A stretch of DNA of 41,051 bases from Candidatus Bathyarchaeota archaeon RBG_16_48_13 (GTDB lineage Archaea > Thermoproteota > Bathyarchaeia > RBG-16-48-13): the NCBI GenBank assembly GCA_001775995.1, contig MEZH01000016.1, positions 10,263 to 51,313 of the forward strand, given 5' to 3'. The position numbers and the translations under genes were made by a program. Position 1 is the first letter of the stretch. Each line of letters starts with the position of its first letter. Positions 9,691-18,180 of the stretch are shown in pieces. Below the pieces are notes generated by a model. That model saw only the letters and a list, made by a program, of their open reading frames with translations, had not been told where the DNA came from and did no database searches.

Positions 9691-10260
9691 ATGTTTAGAA
9701 ATCGAGAAGGAATACGCCAACGAGTTCAGGAGATTGTAGAGAGATTTCGCCAAAAAGGAGCCACAAGTCCAGAAAAGGCCATGACGACCCAAGAGCTAGG
9801 GTTGCCGCCGCGTTTTGAAGATGCCATGCATCGAAGACTCGGTCAATCAGGCATCTTCGTTGAGGTGAACGGCAAATACTACTTGAATGAAGAACGACTC
9901 AAACGGGTCCAAGAGCAACGCGCCAAGGCGGGGTCTAGAATCGACGGAAGCATCGGAGCGGGTCAACCCACCTGGTTCCGGATTGCCGGGATTCTGCTCA
10001 TGCTGCCGATCGGCGTCATCGTCGCCCTTGCCCTGTTCTTCATTCTCGGCTCAAGAATAGGGTCCTTTCCTGGGGAATTCCTCATTATCGTGACGGCCAT
10101 CTTGCTGGCGTTGACCGTGGCCAGGCTGTTATTCTGGAGGTCTAGAAGGAGATATTGGCGGGGGCGCGGCGGTTCTGGTGGATTGTTCTCCAGCGCGCGG
10201 ACGCTTCAAGAATGGCTCAATGCGAGCCAAGACTTCAGGATCTCAGTGTGGCCGGATTAG
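9691..10260 (+). CDS. Hypothetical membrane protein: N-terminal winged-helix-like region and two TM helices
   Basis: GATSPEKAMTTQELGL...FVEVNGKYYL, then two hydrophobic segments; ATG 9691 preferred. Confidence 0.6.
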   Translation: MFRNREGIRQRVQEIVERFRQKGATSPEKAMTTQELGLPPRFEDAMHRRLGQSGIFVEVNGKYYLNEERLKRVQEQRAKAGSRIDGSIGAGQPTWFRIAGILLMLPIGVIVALALFFILGSRIGSFPGEFLIIVTAILLALTVARLLFWRSRRRYWRGRGGSGGLFSSARTLQEWLNASQDFRISVWPD

Positions 10261-11249
10261 ACGGCTTCGCACATCGCTATGAACATGGCCTTCACCTGCT
10301 TGAACGTCGCACCGCTGTTCAGGCTGGTTTTCTTTGAGCTTGAGCTGTCCCACCCACTCATGACTTCCGTCATGAATCCCGCCGCGCCTTTGCTCGCCGC
10401 ACCGCCGTACGAATTTCCTGACCCGCAACCGCTGCCGACCGAGAACGTCCATTTACTTGTTACACCCAGCGCTGATTGTATTCCGGAGAGAAGGCTCTTC
10501 ACTTTGTTTGCGTCCGTCTTCGCTTGACTGGTCGTGGCGCTACACCATGTTTGCGGAGATGCTCCCTGATGCAGGTTCCAGTATATCCGGGGGTGGTACT
10601 TGTTCCAAGCGTTTATGAGAGCTTGAGCCTCCTTTTCGCTGTTCGCGGAGGTCCCGGAGTATGAGTCGGTGTTCGAATGGCTCAGCGAACTGGGCCAATT
10701 CGGACCGAAGTTCCTGTTGAGGTTGACGCCGCATTTCCCTCCGTCTTTGGCCGGGTCTTTCGCAGTCATCCAGGAGGGCACGTTGTAGTTGGTTCTCCCC
10801 CACCTGTAGTCAACGATTGGGACGATCAGGACGTAGTTGTTTTGGAGGATTTGTTTTGCGTAGGTATCGCCGCTTGTGAGGAGCCATTTGACCAGTGAGT
10901 AGAGGACTTCTTCTCCGTAGAACTCGTTGCCGTGAAGGTAGCTGTCCACCATCACCGGGGCGCCGTTGGGGTTGCCGAACTTGAAGAGGATTATGTCCCA
11001 GCCGTATGTGCCGCTGCTCTTGCCTATGCTCTCATAGGTTCCGCGGTACTGATTGGCCAAGGACATGAACGCTGGGATCACCGCTTCTTTCTTGGTCCAT
11101 GGCAGATAGCTCGAAGGTACTCCCCCGTAGGAGATCTTGCCGGTTGCCGGATATGACAGAGCCACGGCTTGCACGGGCTGCACTTGGATGCCGAATGACG
11201 CCACTGCGATGATGACCAGCAGTATGGCCAATACCTTAAGCATTCTCAT
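10257..11249 (-). CDS. Secreted M14-family zinc carboxypeptidase
   Basis: Signal peptide; HGNE (HxxE), NLNRNF, NLHQG and TEV motifs in M14 order. Confidence 0.82.
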   Translation of the reverse strand: MRMLKVLAILLVIIAVASFGIQVQPVQAVALSYPATGKISYGGVPSSYLPWTKKEAVIPAFMSLANQYRGTYESIGKSSGTYGWDIILFKFGNPNGAPVMVDSYLHGNEFYGEEVLYSLVKWLLTSGDTYAKQILQNNYVLIVPIVDYRWGRTNYNVPSWMTAKDPAKDGGKCGVNLNRNFGPNWPSSLSHSNTDSYSGTSANSEKEAQALINAWNKYHPRIYWNLHQGASPQTWCSATTSQAKTDANKVKSLLSGIQSALGVTSKWTFSVGSGCGSGNSYGGAASKGAAGFMTEVMSGWDSSSSKKTSLNSGATFKQVKAMFIAMCEAV

Positions 11250-11260
11250 TGCTTGTTACC

Positions 11261-12937
11261 TCAGACCGTGGGCCCGCTGGACAGGCTGTCGCCGTAGACC
11301 GTGAGCCCAGCCTGCACGTTTGTCGCTGATAATATGCCGAAGTCCACGTGGGTCGCAGCGGCGCCGCCCGAGTTCACAGTTAGCTGAAGCACCTTCGTCC
11401 CGTCGACGTACATCTCAGCAAGTCTCTGCCCGGCGTCGTAGCGTATCTCTACGCTGTGCCAGCTGTTGGCAGACACTACTTTGGAGGAAGTCACGTATGA
11501 CCCTGCGGCGTAGAGCTCCCACCTGTTGGTGCTTCCCGTTCGCCTTATCCCGGCCGTTGCGAGGGATTTTGTTCCGTCAGAGAGGCGGATCAGGTAGAAC
11601 CTGTCACCCTCGTCTCTGAGCCAGCTGGAAGTGGAGCTGACGATGCGGACGTATCCCTTTGCGAAGGCCTTCTGCAGAGGGTCCACATTTTCGTACAAGT
11701 AGGCGTTCTCGGTCCCGCTTGAGGTTCCAGAAGTCGTGAATCGAGCGCTGTAAGCGCCCTGGTATGGCGTGTATTTCCCGATAGTTACGGTCTCGCCCGA
11801 AGTCTTGCTTGACCCGCTCCAGGCGCCGGCATCTCCAGATTCAAAGTTGTCTTCAAACGCATCGTCCGAAGGCGTAGGGGCAGGCGTAGGCGAGGGCGTA
11901 GGGTTGGGTGTTGTGCTCGACGACTCAGGGTATTTCGTGAGCTCGTAGTACGCGGGCTTCGGGGCGGTTCCGCTGTAGATGTTGAAGGCCATGCTGCTCG
12001 CTTCTCTGGCCTGCCACATCCAGGCGTAGGTTATGGTAATGATCCCGGCGCTTAGGAATTTCTGGAGGCTGAGCTTGTAAAACTGCGTGACGAAGGCGCT
12101 GTCCTTGCTGTCGCTGCCGTACTCGATGACCCACAGGGGGACGCCGGCCGCTTTGACCTGCGACACGAGGGTGTTCCAGTCGCTCCAGGTGACGTGGTAT
12201 CTCGTGCTGCTCGGGTCGGCGGGGTCGAGATATTCCGTGACCGCGAATGCGTCAAACATCTTGTACACGGACTGATCGTATTTGCCAGTCGCTGGGGTGT
12301 AGGACAGGGTGAAGCGGCAGGCTACCATGTGCTTCGGGTCCACCGATTTCACCGCGGTGTAACTATTCTGGAAGAGGGTCTGGAATTGGCTTTTGTCTTG
12401 GCTTGTCCAAGGATACTTCCAGGGCTCGTTCATCACGGCCCAATTATCCACGGCAGGGTAGTCTTTGAGCTGTGCGACCACGGCTTTCAGGTACCGGAGA
12501 TAGTATCCCTGGACGGTAGAACTGGACACGATGTCATAGTAGTCGTTCACCCACGTCGGTAAGCCGAGGTCGTAGGTGAACTGCGTCCAGAAGGTGATCC
12601 CCACCTTTATGCCGTACTTGTCCGCTATCTGGAGGACGCGCTTGTAATTGTTCATGGCCGTGGTCGACAGACGAGCGCTGCTGCTGGAGAATGTGGGCTC
12701 CGTCACGGACCAGAGTATCCGCACGTTTATGTGTTTGATTCCGTCTTTTGCGAACCGCGAGAAATCCGCTGTCAGAGTCGAGTTGGGTTCGCCCCAAGCG
12801 TTTCCTGAAGACAGGTAGTTGATGCCCGCGACCAGCGTAGCCTGTGCCTGCGCCGGCCTCACTTGAACGCCGAAGGATGCCAGTGAAATAAGGAGCAGGG
12901 TCACCAGCAGCGTCAAAGGCGCTTTGTGCTTCATCAT
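11261..12937 (-). CDS. Secreted clan GH-A (GH5/GH42-like) glycoside hydrolase with PT linker and C-terminal beta-sandwich domain
   Basis: Signal peptide; VMNEP acid/base and VIEYG nucleophile motifs; TPNPTPSPTPAPTP linker; ConA/lectin-like C-terminus (FEDNFESG...WHSVEI...MYVDG). Confidence 0.8.
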   Translation of the reverse strand: MMKHKAPLTLLVTLLLISLASFGVQVRPAQAQATLVAGINYLSSGNAWGEPNSTLTADFSRFAKDGIKHINVRILWSVTEPTFSSSSARLSTTAMNNYKRVLQIADKYGIKVGITFWTQFTYDLGLPTWVNDYYDIVSSSTVQGYYLRYLKAVVAQLKDYPAVDNWAVMNEPWKYPWTSQDKSQFQTLFQNSYTAVKSVDPKHMVACRFTLSYTPATGKYDQSVYKMFDAFAVTEYLDPADPSSTRYHVTWSDWNTLVSQVKAAGVPLWVIEYGSDSKDSAFVTQFYKLSLQKFLSAGIITITYAWMWQAREASSMAFNIYSGTAPKPAYYELTKYPESSSTTPNPTPSPTPAPTPSDDAFEDNFESGDAGAWSGSSKTSGETVTIGKYTPYQGAYSARFTTSGTSSGTENAYLYENVDPLQKAFAKGYVRIVSSTSSWLRDEGDRFYLIRLSDGTKSLATAGIRRTGSTNRWELYAAGSYVTSSKVVSANSWHSVEIRYDAGQRLAEMYVDGTKVLQLTVNSGGAAATHVDFGILSATNVQAGLTVYGDSLSSGPTV

Positions 12938-13061
12938 TTGTAGTGTTCCTCCGTTGAGTCAACCCCGTGTTCCGCTTTGCTGCCCCAAGCGCGACATGAG
13001 TTGCCCTCGGAATCTTTGGCGCATGGTTTTTAGCCTTTTTTGAGAAGATCCATTGAGATGA

Positions 13062-13083
13062 TTAGTCAAGTGCACTTGACTAA
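13062..13083. repeat. Perfect 22-bp palindrome TTAGTCAAGTGCACTTGACTAA
   Basis: Exact self-complement, read directly; flanked by an outer inverted repeat TTTTTAGCC (13027-13035) / GGCTAAAAA (13093-13101). Confidence 0.9.
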
Positions 13084-13191
13084 GCTTTGGCTGGCTAAAA
13101 AGCGCGAGCGTTCCAGCGCTGTTCTATAGAAATTGCCATGCCTGCGCCGTGATTTTCCATGCCAAAAAGCTCGGTTAGGAAGTGGCGTTGG

Positions 13192-14007
13192 CTAGGAGGA
13201 AGACTTGGTTTCAGGCGCCGGAGGGGCCTCAATTTGGCTCTCTTCGGGCTTCTTAATTCGATGAGGAAGATGGGGAACAAGCGCGCGGGCGCTGCGGGGG
13301 ACCCTGAGCTTGGGCTGCACGTCGGTGACCGTCGTGCCGGAGTACTTGTCGAAGAACCTGAGATATCTTTCGTCCTTAAGCCTTCTCCCGGCCCAGAGAT
13401 CGACGGGCAAGAGGAAGACCTTGCCCAGGTTCCTGACGGCCGCCTGGTCGTAGGACAGCTTCTTGCCTTCCACGTGTATCGCCTTGATGCCTATCAGGAA
13501 CTTGCCCAGCGTCTGCCCAGAGAAGCCCTCCAGCAGAGTTGAGTAGAGGAAGAAGAAGGCGAGAAAGAACATTATGCTGATGTTCAGCATGCCGAGGGTG
13601 ACCGGGAAGAGGAGGAAAGGTATGCTGGGCAAAGCAGCGGCCACGACGAGGGATAGGCCGAAGTCAATGAGAAAGGCGAAGACCCGCTTCTTTACGTTGG
13701 AGACAGAGTAGATGAGCTTCCTGCCCACGGACTTGACGTCGAGCCGCCACTCCTGTATGTATTTGATGACGTTGATCGCGTTCTGACCAGCGATGCTTAG
13801 CCGATACCTGCCTTCCGGTGTCTGTTCCAGGAATTCCTCCTGGGTCCTCAGGTGGAAGCTCAGTTTCCCTGTGCCGACGCCGAAGGTCTTGGCGAGTTCG
13901 GTGAAGGAGCACTCCTTCTTCTCGTCAAGGTAGAGAATGATCTTCCTCCTCAAGGGGTGCGACAGTACCGAGAGGACCCTTGAGACTATGTCTTCATCTA
14001 CATGCAT
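13192..14007 (-). CDS. ArsR-type HTH fused to an RDD-family membrane domain
   Basis: LSHPLRRKII...FTELA...GKLSFHL; KRVFAFLID...YSTLLEGFSGQTLGK...RNLGK; ATG 14007 preferred. Confidence 0.85.
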   Translation of the reverse strand: MHVDEDIVSRVLSVLSHPLRRKIILYLDEKKECSFTELAKTFGVGTGKLSFHLRTQEEFLEQTPEGRYRLSIAGQNAINVIKYIQEWRLDVKSVGRKLIYSVSNVKKRVFAFLIDFGLSLVVAAALPSIPFLLFPVTLGMLNISIMFFLAFFFLYSTLLEGFSGQTLGKFLIGIKAIHVEGKKLSYDQAAVRNLGKVFLLPVDLWAGRRLKDERYLRFFDKYSGTTVTDVQPKLRVPRSARALVPHLPHRIKKPEESQIEAPPAPETKSSS

Positions 14008-14321
14008 TGCTAGTCTTCCGCTGAAACCGAACAAACGGTCACAATGCCGTTATACCGCGATCGTGTTTAAACGTTGCTGTTTTGACTGGTTACCCTGACG
14101 ATTCCGTCTGGGGATGGAGGAATAAGTCAAGAAGACCCCAAAAAAGGAAAAGAGATGAGGCTCGCAAGAGGGGTCTGCGTGGAGTCTCCGATTCACGTTC
14201 CTCATAGGTGAGGAGGGACGAATGAGGCGTGTTGGGGGCAACTCCGGAGAGTCATATTGGCATCCCTGAGAGGATGTTGGCAAAAAGAAAAAGGATGTGG
14301 ATAGCGCTTCCATGAACTGAT

Positions 14322-14585
14322 CTACAAGAGCTTCAGAGCTTCTTCCCTTGGGATAGCTATCAACGTCTCTGAGGTCATTACCTCTCTCATGTCAATGGCC
14401 AGCTTCATTGCATCTTTCTCGCTGGGTGCCTCAAAAATCAAGACGCCATCATATCGTCCCAGAGTCCAGTAGGATCCGATGATGTTTATCCCTTTCTTCT
14501 TGAGTTCGCTGAACATTTTTGTGACTTGGCTAGTGCTTTCTTTGGCTGGCTTCACCTTGGACTTGCTCAACATTATGAAAATCAA
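14322..14585 (-). CDS. GYD-domain protein
   Basis: YWTLGRYDGVLIFEAPS signature; TTG 14585 preferred start. Confidence 0.8.
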   Translation of the reverse strand: MIFIMLSKSKVKPAKESTSQVTKMFSELKKKGINIIGSYWTLGRYDGVLIFEAPSEKDAMKLAIDMREVMTSETLIAIPREEALKLL

Positions 14586-14652
14586 AAAACAAGCCCCACA
14601 TAAATTATCCAGAGAAATGCTTTTAGAGTTTCCTCCGCGCGCATAGGGAAAG

Positions 14653-15042
14653 TCAGTGACCGCGCCCCGAGCATGGGGGCTTGTGCCTACTCTGGCGTAT
14701 CCCCTTCGGAGGCACGAACATGCCATTCTTAGCCGGCTCGAAATCTATGACCTTCACAACTGCATTGATGTTCAAAGGCCCGTAAATGTGAGGATAAAGC
14801 TCACTACCTTCAGCGCCTTCGTATCTGATTTCTGATTGTACTCTGCCAGTTTCTATAGAGAGGAGAACGAGCCCTTTCTGAGAGCGGAACAGTGTATTTG
14901 CCACCTTGACTATCTGTTTTGAGGTGGAACAATGTACGAAGCCCTCCGAATCCAGCGTATCACCGCGATAGACACCTTCCAGCTTTGCATTTTCCCACTG
15001 TTCACATCTTGTGATGTGGAAGATGATGCTCACATTAATCAC
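14653..15042 (-). CDS. DUF952-family protein
   Basis: IFHIT...EGFVHCST..Q...YPHIYGPLN. Confidence 0.85.
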   Translation of the reverse strand: MINVSIIFHITRCEQWENAKLEGVYRGDTLDSEGFVHCSTSKQIVKVANTLFRSQKGLVLLSIETGRVQSEIRYEGAEGSELYPHIYGPLNINAVVKVIDFEPAKNGMFVPPKGIRQSRHKPPCSGRGH

Positions 15043-15207
15043 CCTTCGGACATGCTGAAACCTTCATGCTAGCAGTTATTTCTGTCTAGCTGCAATCTCT
15101 CCGCAGCATCGCAAGAGTCGACTCGCAGGCTCCACCGGCTCGAAATAGCTTTCTTGCTGACCAAAAGAGCGCGCGCGGATAAGTAAGTCAATGGGTCAGC
15201 AAGGAGT

Positions 15208-15723
15208 TCAGGGACAACTGGTGCGTTTCTCTACTTCAGTGAATGGAAGGGTGTCGACCGCTTGATGGAAGAAGAGCTTCATGAAGTAGCGCATAACGCG
15301 GAACGCGACTCTGGTGTGCCCATCTTTCTTTGGTTTAGGCTGGAAAAATCCTTTCTTCGTCATGTAGAATATCACGCTCGGGAAGACACCCTCAAGGGCA
15401 CATGGTATCTCCTTCTGCCCTAATTGACGGTAGGCATGGTATCTGTGGTGACCATCCACCACGGCATATAGATCGCGCTTCGGATGCTTGATCACGATGA
15501 TCGGTTCAAGGTCTTGGCCCTCCGCTATTCTTCTACCATATCGGCACACCACGTCGCTTTGAACCTTCGAATCCGAAACGATTTTCTCAGCAGGCAACTT
15601 AATCACGTACTTCGCTGGATTAACGTACACGTCGGGGTTGAACAAGTATCCGGCTTTCTGAAGGGCAACCTCAGTCCGCTTGGGTAACTCAGGGATTGCA
15701 GTCTTTGACATGGATAATTGCAC
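15208..15723 (-). CDS. Stand-alone ParB/Sulfiredoxin N-terminal-domain protein (paralogue 1)
   Basis: EPIIVIKHP..DLYAVVDGHHRY; no HTH or dimerisation domain. Confidence 0.8.
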   Translation of the reverse strand: MQLSMSKTAIPELPKRTEVALQKAGYLFNPDVYVNPAKYVIKLPAEKIVSDSKVQSDVVCRYGRRIAEGQDLEPIIVIKHPKRDLYAVVDGHHRYHAYRQLGQKEIPCALEGVFPSVIFYMTKKGFFQPKPKKDGHTRVAFRVMRYFMKLFFHQAVDTLPFTEVEKRTSCP

Positions 15724-15938
15724 CGCCTATCTCCCGGGTCCTAGAAATGGACTATCGGAAACGCCAGAGGTCTTGTCCTCAGACCCCTTCAATCTCATGT
15801 TGTGAACTGCACAGCCGGTTCCCGGTGCAAGGCTGAACATCAATTTGTTGCGAGCCATTTTGCGCATCTTCGCTGAACAGGATGATCTTTTGACGGGCGG
15901 ACCATGGAAGAGGAGAAAAAGGGGCCGCCGCAGTCGTT

Positions 15939-16316
15939 TTACTTCTTTTTCGACATTGCCTCCATGTTTCGCATCATGACTTCCATGCTTTTTTTCAGTT
16001 TGTCGTTCGGGCTGAACTCCCAGAGCTCGGTGCCCGCTTCAAATATGCCCGAGTGGCCCGGCGGCGCATAGTACGCGTCCCCAGCTTTGACGATTTCCTT
16101 TTTCCCGCCAACCATCATCGTCACTTGACCCTTCAATACGATGCCCCAGTGTGGACAGGGATCACGGTCATTAGGCAGACCCTTCAGCAGTGGGGTAACG
16201 TCAAAGCGTTTCTTGAAGATGTCGTACTCGACGTGCATCTCGCCCCAGACGCCTTCGAACATGGTCATTTCCTCGGTATCCATCGTCTTGGACATTTCAC
16301 TCTTAGAAGCTCGCAT
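15939..16316 (-). CDS. Cupin-domain protein
   Basis: CPHWGIVLKGQV...AGDAYYAPPGH; ATG 16316 (MRASK) follows an SD-like AAGGTG. Confidence 0.8.
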   Translation of the reverse strand: MRASKSEMSKTMDTEEMTMFEGVWGEMHVEYDIFKKRFDVTPLLKGLPNDRDPCPHWGIVLKGQVTMMVGGKKEIVKAGDAYYAPPGHSGIFEAGTELWEFSPNDKLKKSMEVMMRNMEAMSKKK

Positions 16317-16555
16317 TCTTTCACAACACCTTCTATCTGTCACTAGTTGATGGGCGCCGCGTTTATGCCTTTGTGGTTGACGCCTCACTACCACAAGCCT
16401 ATTGTCATGTTCTCTTACCGTCGTTTTCAGCGCGCTTGGGAGAATTCATTGGTACCTGCTCAAAGCTAGGAATGAAATGGATAACAAATGCTATGTTAGA
16501 GATAAGAAGTTGGATTGGCTGCCATCAAACCGACACCAAGTGCGCGCTAAGTTGG

Positions 16556-17629
16556 CTACAGTTTCTTGCCACAGCTTCCACAGAACTTCATTCCGACCGG
16601 ATTCTTTGTTCCACAATTCGGACACACGAGCTCTTCCTGTTGAAGGGGTTTTCCGCAGTTCCCGCAGAACTTCATGGTTTCAGGATTCTCTGTTTGACAG
16701 TTGGAGCATTTTACCGTTCGAGCGGGCGCCAAACTAGTTCCGCAGTTCCCACAATATTTCTGTCCGAGGCTATTTTGGCTTCCGCATTTGTTGCAGATGA
16801 TGACTTGTTCCGGCTGAGCCTGGGTTTGAACCGACTTCATCATCTGAGCCCCAAACGCAAGGCCTATCCCTGCCCCGAGTCCAGCTCCCGCTGCTCCGCC
16901 TGCTCCACCGTCGCTTGGCAGAACCGCAGCCGTCTCTTTAGCATATTGCATGGTCATGGCCTGCTGTCCCATCCCCGAAGCGAATCTCCTCGCCTCTTCA
17001 GGTATCTTCACACCTTCGAAGGTTGTGTCAATGATTGTAAGGCCTATCCTGCGGGCTTCATCATTAATAGTTAGAGCGATCTTGTCCGTGGTCTCGTCAA
17101 CGTTCTTCACCAATGACGAGGTTTCATATTCAGCGAATGCGTCGATGACCCGTTCAACTACGAAGCCACGAATATAATTCTCGACGTCTGATGAGGTGCT
17201 CGCCTTACGGTTCCCGAAAAACTCCATTACAAAAAGCCGGGGGTCATCCACCTTGTAAAGTGAGTAGCCGAAGAACCCTATCTCTGCTTGATACTGAATC
17301 TGTCCGCTGGGTGCAGAATATGCTGATCCACCAAAGTTGGCGCGCATCTGACTATTGTTTACGAAGATGACTTCGCATTCAAAGATATCTCCGATCAACT
17401 TGACGCCCTTCAGCAAATCTATGAGAAGGGGAATATTGTTGCTGGATATCGTGTGGCGACCGGGTCCAAAGACGTCAAGGGCCTTTCCGTCTCTGAAGAA
17501 GACGGCCCACTGATTTTCCATAACAATGACCTGGCTTCCAAACTTAAGTGAAACATTTGGATACCTGACCGCGATTTGGTCTGGTGTGGCATTTTGCCAT
17601 GATATGGCTTCAATTAAGGGCATTTCCAT
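16556..17629 (-). CDS. SPFH (YdjI-like) domain protein with three C-terminal zinc ribbons
   Basis: GSQVIVMENQWAVFFRDGK...FGPGRHT...N.P; six CxxC motifs in three pairs. Confidence 0.88.
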   Translation of the reverse strand: MEMPLIEAISWQNATPDQIAVRYPNVSLKFGSQVIVMENQWAVFFRDGKALDVFGPGRHTISSNNIPLLIDLLKGVKLIGDIFECEVIFVNNSQMRANFGGSAYSAPSGQIQYQAEIGFFGYSLYKVDDPRLFVMEFFGNRKASTSSDVENYIRGFVVERVIDAFAEYETSSLVKNVDETTDKIALTINDEARRIGLTIIDTTFEGVKIPEEARRFASGMGQQAMTMQYAKETAAVLPSDGGAGGAAGAGLGAGIGLAFGAQMMKSVQTQAQPEQVIICNKCGSQNSLGQKYCGNCGTSLAPARTVKCSNCQTENPETMKFCGNCGKPLQQEELVCPNCGTKNPVGMKFCGSCGKKL

Positions 17630-17635
17630 TCTCTC

Positions 17636-18178
17636 CTACATTTCTTTTGATCTGAAATATTCTTCTCTTTCCTTCCATCTTTTCTCAGTGCTGTCGAGCA
17701 CTTTTTTCATACTATTGATTCCGTCAGACACTGCATCCCAATCCTCTTCCTCTACGCTTTTTGCCACGTTGTCCTCGGATTCTTTGAGTCGAACCAAGTA
17801 TTCACCGAATTCCTTGTCGTAGTTGAAGACTCTTGCGAGTTCGTTTGATTCTATCTGTCCTCGCCTATTGAATAGCGGTGCATAACCGTAGGTGGCTCTG
17901 TTAACCTGCTCCTGGATCCTGTCGAGGGTCTGAATCACAGTCTTGGTTTTTCTGTTGAGCGAGGGTTGTTTGGACTCGAGTATCTCCAGATAGATTTCCT
18001 CCCATCTTTTTCGCAAATCGGATAATTCTTTATGATAATCCTCGCGTAGCTGCATGTCAAATTCTTTCAGGTCTTCCCTTGTACCTTTTCCCAAGAGAAG
18101 AGAATCCTGTATCTTAGACATCCAACTCTGTTCTTCCTTGGCTTTTTCAACTGTTTCCTTTTCACTCAAATCAATCAC
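17636..18178 (-). CDS. Conserved all-helical hypothetical protein
   Basis: Amphipathic helices and an RATYGYAPLF motif; 2-nt and 6-nt gaps to its neighbours. Confidence 0.75.
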   Translation of the reverse strand: MIDLSEKETVEKAKEEQSWMSKIQDSLLLGKGTREDLKEFDMQLREDYHKELSDLRKRWEEIYLEILESKQPSLNRKTKTVIQTLDRIQEQVNRATYGYAPLFNRRGQIESNELARVFNYDKEFGEYLVRLKESEDNVAKSVEEEDWDAVSDGINSMKKVLDSTEKRWKEREEYFRSKEM

Positions 18179-18180
18179 TC

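Noticed and set aside
12960-13010. Firm call of a c-di-GMP or c-di-AMP riboswitch
   Set aside because: Only scattered word matches; the GNRA tetraloop/receptor architecture is not evident.
14035-14320. Possible small ORF or sRNA between the ArsR-RDD and GYD genes
   Set aside because: Only a 5-bp hairpin (CATCC/GGATG) and short motif-less frames.
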